From: a virus
IMG/VR virus record: IMGVR_UViG_3300025133_006719
Location: 1-64,000 of that record
Direction: 5' to 3' (one strand)
DNA: 64,000 nucleotides
The translations under genes were made by a program, and so were the position numbers. Every line of letters begins with the position of its first letter. Positions within the stretch are counted from its first letter, which is position 1. This document shows positions 10,283 to 18,784 of the stretch, piece by piece. The notes below the pieces were generated by a model. The model searched no databases, had not been told where the DNA came from, and was given only the letters and a program-made list of their open reading frames with translations.

Positions 10283-10652
10283 TTATTGTTTTGCATAATT
10301 TAAAATACATAAACAAAGAGGCAACGACAGAAGCCGGGAACAAAACCAAGCTATAAGAACCAATAAGCATAACTATGAAAGTTACCCATACAGATAGGCA
10401 TACCGGACATGAAAGAAGCCTTGTAAAAAAGTTATCATTTTCTGACAACAAGAACTCTGGATAGCTTAGGCTGGGTGAAAATTTTTGTGATTCTCGGTAT
10501 TTCAATATTGATTCATTCCTTTCTTTTGTTGCTAGGCTAAACATGAAATCAATTGCTGATACGTATTCCACAAAAGCATTAGTCTCAAGCCATATATATA
10601 GGATCAGAGAGGTAAAAGAAGAAGGTACAATAATATCCCAAAATATTTGCAT
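10272..10652 (-). CDS. Membrane protein with LLSCPVCLSVW motif (DUF1360-like)
   Basis: Hydrophobic segments, CPxC motif. Confidence 0.6.
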   Translation of the reverse strand: MQIFWDIIVPSSFTSLILYIWLETNAFVEYVSAIDFMFSLATKERNESILKYRESQKFSPSLSYPEFLLSENDNFFTRLLSCPVCLSVWVTFIVMLIGSYSLVLFPASVVASLFMYFKLCKTINGE

Positions 10653-10681
10653 ATTTAGTCTGCATTCTTAAACGTAACCCA

Positions 10682-11401
10682 TTATGGTCCAACCGTAGTC
10701 GAGTTGATGAATGACACGATAACATATCTGAGTCCTGAGGTTATTGGTCTAGCTCCATGTTTATGTGTTATATTTCCGGGGTGTATACTTACGCCCCCTA
10801 CTTTTCCCTTTACACATAATTTCTGCCTTTTGAAGAAAGTTCCTCCTCCTTCGAACTCGTCATTTAGGGTAACTAAAGATGTGACCAAGCTGTGGTCGTG
10901 ATGAAAAGATAAATGAGCCTGTTGGTCTGGTATATATTTAATGATAAAACTCTCCGCAACCAAGTTTTGCCATACTTTTCCTTCAAGATCCCAAAAGCCT
11001 ATAAACCAAGGGTAGATGTACTCATTAAGCAATGCTTCATAAATTTTGCCCATGCCTAAGGTTTCTACAAGCATGTCCGTTGTGGGGTAAAATTCGTGTC
11101 TTTTATACGTCCAATCGCCGTTAGCATCCGCCGCTTCTATAATTTCCTTACAGAAGTTTTCGTTAAAAAATTGGGTGGCGTAGATGTTAGTGTGGCCTCT
11201 CTCGCCTACTTCGTCAGTTATAAGCCCATATTCTTTGGTTCTCATTACTGGAGAGATGTATTTTTTAATCCACGATTCTTCGTTACCGAAGTAGTCTTTT
11301 ATTGATAGTTCGGTGGTTTCGTGATTTTTGTATCCAAAGTTTTCCTTGGTCGCACCCACTATAGTGGAATCTTTTCCTTCCGTATTCTTGTCTTGCGTCA
11401 T
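10682..11401 (-). CDS. 2OG-Fe(II) oxygenase resembling PLOD lysyl-hydroxylase domain
   Basis: YPTTD, L.FHHD.S, FEGGGTFF, HPG.ITH.HG..PITSG.RY.IVSFI. Confidence 0.8.
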   Translation of the reverse strand: MTQDKNTEGKDSTIVGATKENFGYKNHETTELSIKDYFGNEESWIKKYISPVMRTKEYGLITDEVGERGHTNIYATQFFNENFCKEIIEAADANGDWTYKRHEFYPTTDMLVETLGMGKIYEALLNEYIYPWFIGFWDLEGKVWQNLVAESFIIKYIPDQQAHLSFHHDHSLVTSLVTLNDEFEGGGTFFKRQKLCVKGKVGGVSIHPGNITHKHGARPITSGLRYVIVSFINSTTVGP

Positions 11402-11402
11402 A

Positions 11403-11807
11403 CTATGAGTATACTAGTTCTATGTCGTAAAATTCAAATATTTTTTCAGCTTCTAGGTCTTTTTCATACTCCTCCCCATAGACAACTTTTTTGATACCGT
11501 AGGAAGCTATTGTTGTAGCACAGTATCTGCAGGGCAATAGGGTTACTGCAAGCATTCTGGCTTCATTCTTGCGAAAGAGGGATAAACAATTAGCTTCGGC
11601 GTGGATCATGTATTTTCTTCTTTCATCTCTATCTTCCCAGAAATTTTGGCCTGCGGTTTTCCCCGGTGCTAACCCGTTGTAGCCAACCCCAATAACCATA
11701 TTGTCGTGACTTAAAGCGCAGGCTCCGACTTTACGGTAGGGGTCTTCGCTTCTAGATGCTGCTGCTCTTGCTATGTTTAATCCGTATTCTTCCCAAGAAG
11801 ATCTCAT
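11403..11807 (-). CDS. dCMP deaminase
   Basis: RSED..KVGA, GYNG, HAEAN, PCxxC; start moved to ATG 11807 just after the promoter. Confidence 0.9.
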   Translation of the reverse strand: MRSSWEEYGLNIARAAASRSEDPYRKVGACALSHDNMVIGVGYNGLAPGKTAGQNFWEDRDERRKYMIHAEANCLSLFRKNEARMLAVTLLPCRYCATTIASYGIKKVVYGEEYEKDLEAEKIFEFYDIELVYS

Positions 11808-11813
11808 GCCCCC

Positions 11814-11842
11814 ATAGTAAATAAACATTGGAGAATTGTCAA
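11814..11842 (-). promoter_or_regulatory. Sigma70-type promoter, leaderless
   Basis: TTGACA-17nt-TACTAT-6nt-ATG on minus strand. Confidence 0.75.
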
Positions 11843-11863
11843 GCAAAAAGTTATTATTATGGT

Positions 11864-12265
11864 ATGACTGGATTAGAGGCAACTTCAGAACTTTTTAAAT
11901 TCTTTAGTGAAAATGATTATTTTGAGATGGGGGAGCATTTTAGTAGCGTTATTCTCATCTCTGATAAAAGGGAGATTGAAGAAGCCTGTTTGGATCTGGG
12001 GTTAGCGGAGCTGGGGGAAATGGGAGTCATCTCCAAAATAACAAAAAAGGATAAGGATTATTGGATTCTGAAGAAACCTTTGACGCACTACGATCAGAAG
12101 GTAGAACTTGGTGCAAGTACCGCTATGGGGGTATCAGTTGTTCTTAATGAAATATGTGATCAGTTAGAAAACACTGAAGATAAGTGTGATCCATTGAGTA
12201 TTAGTGATAGAGATATAAACAACCTTGTATCTGTTGCGAGCAAAATGATTGAAAAAAAGGGTTGA
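11864..12265 (+). CDS. Hypothetical protein
   Basis: ORF divergent from dCMP deaminase; ATG 11864 preferred. Confidence 0.65.
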   Translation: MTGLEATSELFKFFSENDYFEMGEHFSSVILISDKREIEEACLDLGLAELGEMGVISKITKKDKDYWILKKPLTHYDQKVELGASTAMGVSVVLNEICDQLENTEDKCDPLSISDRDINNLVSVASKMIEKKG

Positions 12266-12291
12266 CAAATTTGCCCCGCGATGAGAGAAAG
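12262..12291 (+). promoter_or_regulatory. TTGAC-N7-CCCC promoter upstream of non-coding region
   Basis: TTGACAAATTTGCCCCG; -10 element poor. Confidence 0.55.
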
Positions 12292-12299
12292 GTTTCTGT

Positions 12300-12690
12300 T
12301 CTTTGAGTAGCGGTAAATAGCGTGTTTAGGGGAAACCTAAACAAAACACATTAGAGACCTCAGGTCCGTAAAAAGACGCCAGACGAATAAGCTTAATAAG
12401 CTTAGAGTTATTTCGGAAAAACGCGGCTTCATAGTCTGGAAAAGCAAGTATACCAATTAGTGAAAGGGGGAAAGCTGACAGTCCTAAAAAAAGTCCTACC
12501 GCTTAAGCAAAGACATACATAGCAATCCTTGGTTGCGAGCTAGGCTGAAAAGAAATGGCCGATGCGCTGGACTGAAGTGGGTAGGGATTGATTACTAATT
12601 AGGGTTAAACTCCCAAGAGGACTGTTGTGCCCAATAGTTCTGGAGGGAAAAGCTTCCAGTCGTTTTCGTCTCTAGCGCTTCTTCTTCTTT
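12300..12690 (+). ncRNA. Candidate structured non-coding RNA of unknown class
   Basis: About 500 nt gap with no ORF of 60 aa or more; promoter motif upstream; hairpins 12323-12343, 12379-12439, 12388-12404, 12640-12659; T-rich tail. Confidence 0.45.
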
Positions 12691-12763
12691 GTATATTCTT
12701 TGTATGTACAATCTTTCGTCATGAATTAGTTCTTATTTAGTTTCGTTTATTATCTAAGGGCAT

Positions 12764-13378
12764 ATGCAAGTCATTGATGATAAACATCTTATAAAGAAAG
12801 TTAAGGAATATTCATGCAGCCCTAGCTTAGTAGAGTTAATCTCTCGTCACTCTGGTATTTGTTATAAAATATTTTCCAAATTCATTAATTCTTTAGAGGA
12901 TAGAGGTAGGGATTACAACGAACTGGTATCAAATAAGGATTATTTTATTTACTTAGCTGTTATGTCTTTTAAAGAAGACAGGAATACATTGTTTTCGACT
13001 TGGCTGGGTAATTACATAAGATATAAATGTTTAGACTTCTTGAATGAAAACAAGCTAAACTATGTCCACCAGATAGACGAGAATCAAAAGAATAATTTTA
13101 TAAATAATAACTCTTCTTTTAAATACAATGAATCCAAAGCATTAAAAGATACCAAAGACTCTCTCTTTGATTTGTTATCACAGTTAAAAGACAGCAGGGT
13201 TAGAAGAGTGTACCATATGAGATATTTTACAAACCACCCCAAAATGACATGGAAAAAGATAGGGGAGAATATGGGTGTTAGCGCTCAAACCGCCATAAAC
13301 CTCCACGAAAAAGGTAAAAAAATAATAGTTTCCAGACTTTACAAAAAAAAGCTTGACGCACCTGCCCCGACGTGTTAA
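12764..13378 (+). CDS. Phage sigma-70 family sigma factor
   Basis: ELISRHSG, F..DRNT.FSTWL.N.IR region 2; MTWKKIGENMGVSAQT region-4 HTH. Confidence 0.8.
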   Translation: MQVIDDKHLIKKVKEYSCSPSLVELISRHSGICYKIFSKFINSLEDRGRDYNELVSNKDYFIYLAVMSFKEDRNTLFSTWLGNYIRYKCLDFLNENKLNYVHQIDENQKNNFINNNSSFKYNESKALKDTKDSLFDLLSQLKDSRVRRVYHMRYFTNHPKMTWKKIGENMGVSAQTAINLHEKGKKIIVSRLYKKKLDAPAPTC

Positions 13379-13381
13379 GTT
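13353..13381 (+). promoter_or_regulatory. TTGAC-N7-CCCC sigma70-type promoter
   Basis: TTGACG-17nt-TAAGTT with extended TG; ATG at 13390. Confidence 0.7.
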
Positions 13382-13389
13382 CAGATCTT

Positions 13390-13686
13390 ATGAGTCGCGA
13401 CGACAATGTTAGCTCCGAATGGGCTAACCGAGAGATCGGCGCTCTCTGGAAGAGAGTGTCGAAAGGAAGCGGTCAGAAATATCTGGCCGGTCATGTTAAG
13501 ATAGATGAGCTAGGAGTAGAGAAGAAACTCAAGCTTATCGTCTTTCAAAACAAGTACAAAGGAGAGAATGAAAAGGCTCCCGATCTAAGGATCTACTTGA
13601 CACCGGATGACGACGACAACAGCGGCACTACCGCCGCCAAGAAGGAGTCACCCGCTGAAACAGCTCAAGAGTCTGACTTGATTTAA
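13390..13686 (+). CDS. DUF736-like putative ssDNA-binding protein
   Basis: EIGALWKR.S..G..YL.G motif, KAPD.RIY, acidic tail. Confidence 0.55.
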   Translation: MSRDDNVSSEWANREIGALWKRVSKGSGQKYLAGHVKIDELGVEKKLKLIVFQNKYKGENEKAPDLRIYLTPDDDDNSGTTAAKKESPAETAQESDLI

Positions 13687-13715
13687 GACAGCTCTTGTTC
13701 ATATGTGCTAGCGCA

Positions 13716-13741
13716 GCCGTCCCTCGGGACGGTTTTTTTTT
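13716..13741 (+). terminator. Rho-independent terminator
   Basis: GCCGTCC-ctcg-GGACGGT followed by a T run. Confidence 0.85.
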
Positions 13742-13775
13742 GAATCTATGAGGTCATAGACATAGTATATAATAG

Positions 13776-14861
13776 ATGGATTTTGCATTAAATGTCCCCA
13801 TTAACGATGTAAGCTTTGGTCAGGTATCTGTTGCTCTCCTCAGGGAGATGCACGCTAGAGACCTTCAGCCTTGCGTTTTCCCTATAAGCAAAGTTTCCAT
13901 AAACACACAATCTAATCTTTCTGAGGACTTTAAGTCATGGCTAAACTCTTGTATCAGTAAATCTGTACGCTCTCATTCTAGATCTAATCCTATTTTTAAA
14001 CTTTGGCACCTGCAAGACAGCCTAGAATCCCACAGTAAAGAGCAGGTTTTACTTACGTTTTATGAGCTGGATCAACCCACGAAAAACGAAATTAACATAG
14101 CTAAAAACAACAGAACTTGTTTTACATCCGAATATTCTTGTGACATTTATAAAGATGTCGGGGTAGAAACAGGATACATACCACTAGGATTCGACGGTGA
14201 TAATTTTCATAGAACAGACAAGCAGTATTACGACGACGACAGGATTGTATTTAATCTAGTTGGCAAGTTTGAAAAGAGAAAGAACCACCAAAAAGTAATC
14301 GAAACTTGGCTTAAAAAATATGGAAACAACCCCAAATACTTCTTGAATTGCGCTGTATATAACCCGTTCTTTTCAGAAAGCCAGAACAAGTCTATATGGA
14401 ACGCCTTACTAAAAGGTAAAGATTACTTTAATATCAATTTCTTTCAGTATTTTGATAGAAACGATCAGTACAATGACTTCCTAAACTCGGGCCATATATT
14501 AATCGCTGCCTCTGGCGGCGAAGGATGGGGCCTCCCAGAGTTTCAATCTGTTGCTATGGGCAAGCATTCCCTAGTTTTAAAAGCCACAGGATACAAGGGG
14601 TGGGCTAATGATAAAAACTCAGTCTTAATGTACCCAACGTCAAAAGAAGAGGTTTACGATAATCAATTCTTTAGGAAAGGAGCGGACTACAATCAAGGTC
14701 ATGTATTTTGGTTTGACGAAGAAGATTTTATAGAAGGCTGTGAAGAGTCCATAGAAAGATATAATAAGAATCCTATAAATGAAGAGGGATTAAAACTTCA
14801 AGAACAATTTTCCTACTCTAAAACAGTAGATAAAATCATAGAAGAACTAGAAAAAGTGTAA
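13776..14861 (+). CDS. Glycosyltransferase, GT-B (GT4-like)
   Basis: VGKFEKRKN, GEGWGLPEFQS..MGK. Confidence 0.85.
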   Translation: MDFALNVPINDVSFGQVSVALLREMHARDLQPCVFPISKVSINTQSNLSEDFKSWLNSCISKSVRSHSRSNPIFKLWHLQDSLESHSKEQVLLTFYELDQPTKNEINIAKNNRTCFTSEYSCDIYKDVGVETGYIPLGFDGDNFHRTDKQYYDDDRIVFNLVGKFEKRKNHQKVIETWLKKYGNNPKYFLNCAVYNPFFSESQNKSIWNALLKGKDYFNINFFQYFDRNDQYNDFLNSGHILIAASGGEGWGLPEFQSVAMGKHSLVLKATGYKGWANDKNSVLMYPTSKEEVYDNQFFRKGADYNQGHVFWFDEEDFIEGCEESIERYNKNPINEEGLKLQEQFSYSKTVDKIIEELEKV

Positions 14862-14864
14862 TAA
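14856..14864 (+). promoter_or_regulatory. GTGTAAT motif
   Basis: 14 nt before ATG 14870. Confidence 0.6.
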
Positions 14865-14869
14865 ACATT

Positions 14870-15223
14870 ATGCCAGAATACCTATATAGCGATCCAGAGA
14901 ATCCAGACAAAACAATATCTGTAGTACAAAGAATGTCTGAAGAACATAAATATGAGGCTAACGGAAAGGTTTGGGATAGGCAATTTACAGTACCCAAGGC
15001 AAACATAGATAGCCGTATAGACCCCAACTCCCAGTCAGATTTTGTATCTAAAACCGAAAATAAAAAAGGTACCATGGGAGATCTTTGGGACCGCTCCGCC
15101 GAACTGAGTGCTAAAAGAGCCGAAAAGAATAACGGAGTCGACCCAGTTAAAGAAAAACACTATAAAAAATACTCAGAAAAGAGAAACGGGATCCCGCACC
15201 CAGATAAAATTCCAAAGTTTTGA
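14870..15223 (+). CDS. FmdB-like N-terminus protein lacking Zn-ribbon cysteines
   Basis: MPEYLY...Q.MSE...R.F pattern. Confidence 0.5.
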   Translation: MPEYLYSDPENPDKTISVVQRMSEEHKYEANGKVWDRQFTVPKANIDSRIDPNSQSDFVSKTENKKGTMGDLWDRSAELSAKRAEKNNGVDPVKEKHYKKYSEKRNGIPHPDKIPKF

Positions 15224-15837
15224 GCGCAGACACCTTAAAGAATGAAATATTAAAAGAAAGAGGCTTCGACCAATACGACTTAAACTTCATAAAAAGAAGG
15301 ACTGGGCTAAAAGAGGAATCTCAAGCCCTAAGCTTAATAGAAGAAGACGAGGACCTAGGTCTGATTGTAGATGAAATAGCATCTTTCCCTTTAGTTAAAA
15401 GGCAGACGTCCAAGCTTTCCCTGAGGTTCTTAATTCTTCTCTTAATTCATAAATATGATCAAGGCAGCATAAAAAATAAACATAAACTTACAATTTCAAA
15501 AATAGCCAGCATCTATTTTGACATGATCTACAATCAAATGCCTGATAATTGCTCCATAGACTTCAGTAAAAAACCAGACGAGGTATCAGCAAAGTTTTTG
15601 TTTGTGTTGAGCGGCTTCTTTGGAGAATATTTTGCTAGATTTTTTAACCAATACGCGGAATATGAACAAGTCAAAGAGAGTCATATCAAATATATAGAGG
15701 CGGGACTAAAGAAAGAAGGAGCAGATAAATGGGCCTCACAAGGTTTAATAATGTTAGAAAAAATCTCCGAAAGGGGATGGTTATCAAGATTTATGAAAAC
15801 GAAAAAAACAAAAAAGGGAGCAAAAGCTGATGAATAA
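15220..15837 (+). CDS. Hypothetical protein
   Basis: Overlapping operon ORF. Confidence 0.6.
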   Translation: MSADTLKNEILKERGFDQYDLNFIKRRTGLKEESQALSLIEEDEDLGLIVDEIASFPLVKRQTSKLSLRFLILLLIHKYDQGSIKNKHKLTISKIASIYFDMIYNQMPDNCSIDFSKKPDEVSAKFLFVLSGFFGEYFARFFNQYAEYEQVKESHIKYIEAGLKKEGADKWASQGLIMLEKISERGWLSRFMKTKKTKKGAKADE

Positions 15838-16609
15838 TCACAAGAAAGATATATTTTATATATTAGCTCTATGCCTTGTGGTTATAGGAGGATGCTCGAC
15901 GCCTCTAGGAAAATTTAACAAACAAAAAAATATCGTAGATAACATACAAAGACAAGAGGATACAAACAAAAGCCAACAAATAGAAAGCGGAAGAACATTT
16001 GTCTACGCAGCTGACCAAGCCCTGCAAAAAGACCCCGCTCCGTCAGCCGAATCCAAGGTAGCAAAACAAATGACAACCAGAGGAGTCACCGCTTTAGGCC
16101 CTCCGCAAATGGAAAATGCCATGAAGTCAGACCAAATGGTAACGGGGCTTCTTTCAACAGACCCCAAAGAAGTAGAAAAAGGTCAGCAAATATTAGCTAC
16201 GATGGATAAAGATTTAGTAGCGTTACAGAACCAGAACAGGGTCTTAAGAGGTCAGCTTGGCGACGCCCAACAGAAATTAGCCATAGTCAACCAGAACAAC
16301 GCCCTACAAGCCACGAAGTATTCTAGCTTAATGGGAAAAGTTTACTGGATAATAGGTATAGTCATCTTCATTGTTGTATTAGTTATTGGATTCAAAATAG
16401 TAACAGCAGTAGCCCCGTTTGCTATGCCAGCAACAGGAGCTACCTCTACATTACTTAAGGTCGTTCAAGGAATACAGAAAGTTAGAGACCAACATATGGG
16501 CGAAAAGCCCGAGATGCTTAAGCAAATTGATGATCACATGAGATCCCACCTAGACAAGAAAGACAGGTGGATGATAGCGCAGGCCAAACAAAAATTACAT
16601 ATGATATGA
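15830..16609 (+). CDS. Lipoprotein with coiled coil and C-proximal TM helix (u-spanin-like topology)
   Basis: Lipobox VIGG-C22; Q/L heptads; TM VYWIIGIVIFIVVLVIGF. Confidence 0.55.
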   Translation: MNNHKKDIFYILALCLVVIGGCSTPLGKFNKQKNIVDNIQRQEDTNKSQQIESGRTFVYAADQALQKDPAPSAESKVAKQMTTRGVTALGPPQMENAMKSDQMVTGLLSTDPKEVEKGQQILATMDKDLVALQNQNRVLRGQLGDAQQKLAIVNQNNALQATKYSSLMGKVYWIIGIVIFIVVLVIGFKIVTAVAPFAMPATGATSTLLKVVQGIQKVRDQHMGEKPEMLKQIDDHMRSHLDKKDRWMIAQAKQKLHMI

Positions 16610-16818
16610 TAAAAGATAATCTAAATAAAAGGGTTTACTGCTGTTTTGTTATAACTATCATAGCCATGTTTTTCCTTTGCGGATGCACCACGACCAAATG
16701 GAAGTGGATGCCTGAAGCGCAAGGTGTCAGCGATTTACACAAACAGAAGCAGTCGCCAAAAGACAGAGAGATTGAGTCAGGCGCCCTGAAAATCAACATA
16801 CTAGAAGTAAAATTTTAG
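16606..16818 (+). CDS. Small lipoprotein
   Basis: Hydrophobic stretch then FLCG-C; ATGA overlap with previous stop. Confidence 0.5.
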   Translation: MIKDNLNKRVYCCFVITIIAMFFLCGCTTTKWKWMPEAQGVSDLHKQKQSPKDREIESGALKINILEVKF

Positions 16819-16861
16819 TAAAAAAAATAGAATAATAACCAATAAGTGTATATTATAACAC

Positions 16862-17485
16862 ATGGCATCAAGAATAGCTGACCAATTTAAAGGCCTCCCA
16901 ATAGGAGAGCTAATCTCACAACCCCTAATTGCAGCGGCGCAAGCCCAAGGTAAATTAGCAGGCATCACAGAACAATTTATTGAAGAAATAGGTCTTGAAA
17001 GCGGCGTAAGCGGACTACAAGCAAGGCAAGTTAAGTTTAATTACGATACTCCAGTTGAGTATAAAACGGGTGTCGTATCCACAACAGTTACTGGAGCCAA
17101 TGGACAGTACGTAACAACTGAAGAGACACGAACTAAGATTGAGCCCAGAACACTGAACGTGCCTCTATTAGCTATTGTCAATACCCCAAACCTTTCAGTT
17201 AAAGATGTCTCTATCGATTTTGACATGAAGGTCCAGTCAAGTACTGAGCACAACGATTCAGTCACGGCAAATATAAACACAAAAGCTTCTTACAGCGCTT
17301 GGTGGTCCCCAGTTAAATGCTCAATGACGGCGTCAGTCGGAAGCAAGAGTAGCAACACGAGAAAGACTGACAACTCGGCTAGGTATACGGTACATTGCGA
17401 AGCTAGGGACGACGGGGCTCCCGAAGGGCTAATGAAAGTTCTCGATATTCTAGGAGAAGCCATTAAGCCTGTTCCGCCTGCTTAA
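16862..17485 (+). CDS. DUF2589-like protein (type A)
   Basis: F.GLP..ELI..PL.AAA.AQ, VPLLAIV..P.L.V..V.IDF.M.V, PEGL.KVLD.L; GTGTATAT motif at 16846. Confidence 0.75.
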   Translation: MASRIADQFKGLPIGELISQPLIAAAQAQGKLAGITEQFIEEIGLESGVSGLQARQVKFNYDTPVEYKTGVVSTTVTGANGQYVTTEETRTKIEPRTLNVPLLAIVNTPNLSVKDVSIDFDMKVQSSTEHNDSVTANINTKASYSAWWSPVKCSMTASVGSKSSNTRKTDNSARYTVHCEARDDGAPEGLMKVLDILGEAIKPVPPA

Positions 17486-17496
17486 GTAAATAATTA

Positions 17497-17997
17497 ATGG
17501 GCTTAACCAACTATTCCCTAAAAAAGACAGGTAAGTTAGAGAGCGAAGAGATTGAAAACTCTAAGCCGGACCTTACCTCCAGTTCTTTAGACAAGCTTGT
17601 AGAGTCTATATATAACTCTGTAGTATACGCTCAAAGAAAGGTTGAAACAGAGCATTTAAGCAGGTTAATGTCGACCTACTTTGACGACGCAGGAAACCCG
17701 ATTACCTTTAAGGTCAATTTACCCGACAATAATGGAGAAGTAAAAGAATCAGCTATACCGCTTCTAACATTAGCGCCGAACTCCCACCTAAGCATATCCG
17801 AACTAGAGATGCAGCTCAAAGTTGACCTAGGTCAGTTCAGCGATGACGATAATGTGAACAATAACAAGTTGAGCGCTAAAATAGGAGCAGGAAAGAAGAC
17901 AAACCTCGCTAAGATTAAAATTAAGATGTCAAGCGCCAACTCTCCAGAGGGCCTAGCAAGGATAAACGATCAATTAGTGAAGATTCTACCGAACTAG
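17497..17997 (+). CDS. DUF2589-like protein (type B)
   Basis: L...I..SV..AQ..VE..H....YFD..G.P, IPLLTL, PEGLARI.D.L. Confidence 0.7.
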   Translation: MGLTNYSLKKTGKLESEEIENSKPDLTSSSLDKLVESIYNSVVYAQRKVETEHLSRLMSTYFDDAGNPITFKVNLPDNNGEVKESAIPLLTLAPNSHLSISELEMQLKVDLGQFSDDDNVNNNKLSAKIGAGKKTNLAKIKIKMSSANSPEGLARINDQLVKILPN

Positions 17998-18010
17998 TCG
18001 TTATACTAAG

Positions 18011-18784
18011 GTGGCAAAAGATTTAAAAATCTTGTTTTGCTCCTTAATAAGAGACAAGGCGGAGTTCATAGGCGACTGGTATTCTAGAATACGTTCAATC
18101 CAGTCTCTAAGGCCAAGTTGGACTTTTAATATAAGCTTATACGAAAACGACAGCAAAGATGGATCCAAAGAGGATCTAGAAAACTTAGATTGGAGCTTCG
18201 CTAATTGGTTCAACCTTTCCTCAGAAAAGAACGATAAAGAATACTTTATTGGCCTAGAAAGGAAAAGGATAGAAAGGCTTTCTTCCTATAGAAATTTGTG
18301 CATCTACCAGTTTGGCGACTTAGATTCTATAGATAGGATTATTATGAACGATATAGATTGCTCCTATGATCCAAAACACGCGGTAGAGATCATAGAAAAA
18401 AGTCTGGAGTGGGATATATTTTCTTTTGCTAGTAGAGACTCTGGCACAGGAGATGAATTTTACGACAGGTGGGCAACCAGAAGAAGCCCAGTTGACACGT
18501 GGTGGGACGACAAACCCTACAACACAAAAGGAGATAATCAAACTTGGACAACAGGAAACGGCTTTGTCTCCTATAATCCAGAAGGCTTTAAAAGAGGTGC
18601 AACTTTTGGATACGTAAATAAGAGGCTAAAAACTCACGATAGTGAAAATGCGGTAGTGTGCGAAAACTTTAGAGCTTTTGGCTTTAACAAAATCGGTTTT
18701 GACGGCAGGTATAACACTATGCACGTGAGAGATAAGCACTGGCACAATAAAAAAGATGGAAGTACTACTAACAACATTCAATAG
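18011..18784 (+). CDS. GT-A glycosyltransferase, Cap59/CMT1 (GT69)-like
   Basis: YENDS.D, RIERLS.YRN, NDID, FYD.WA.R. Confidence 0.6.
   Translation: MAKDLKILFCSLIRDKAEFIGDWYSRIRSIQSLRPSWTFNISLYENDSKDGSKEDLENLDWSFANWFNLSSEKNDKEYFIGLERKRIERLSSYRNLCIYQFGDLDSIDRIIMNDIDCSYDPKHAVEIIEKSLEWDIFSFASRDSGTGDEFYDRWATRRSPVDTWWDDKPYNTKGDNQTWTTGNGFVSYNPEGFKRGATFGYVNKRLKTHDSENAVVCENFRAFGFNKIGFDGRYNTMHVRDKHWHNKKDGSTTNNIQ

Noticed and set aside
12300-12690. RNase P RNA, tmRNA or group I intron identity for the non-coding region
   Set aside because: Fragments like AAAGTCC, AAACGCGGCTT and GGTTAAACTCC resemble RNase P motifs but are in the wrong order; no tRNA-like ends; no interrupted gene
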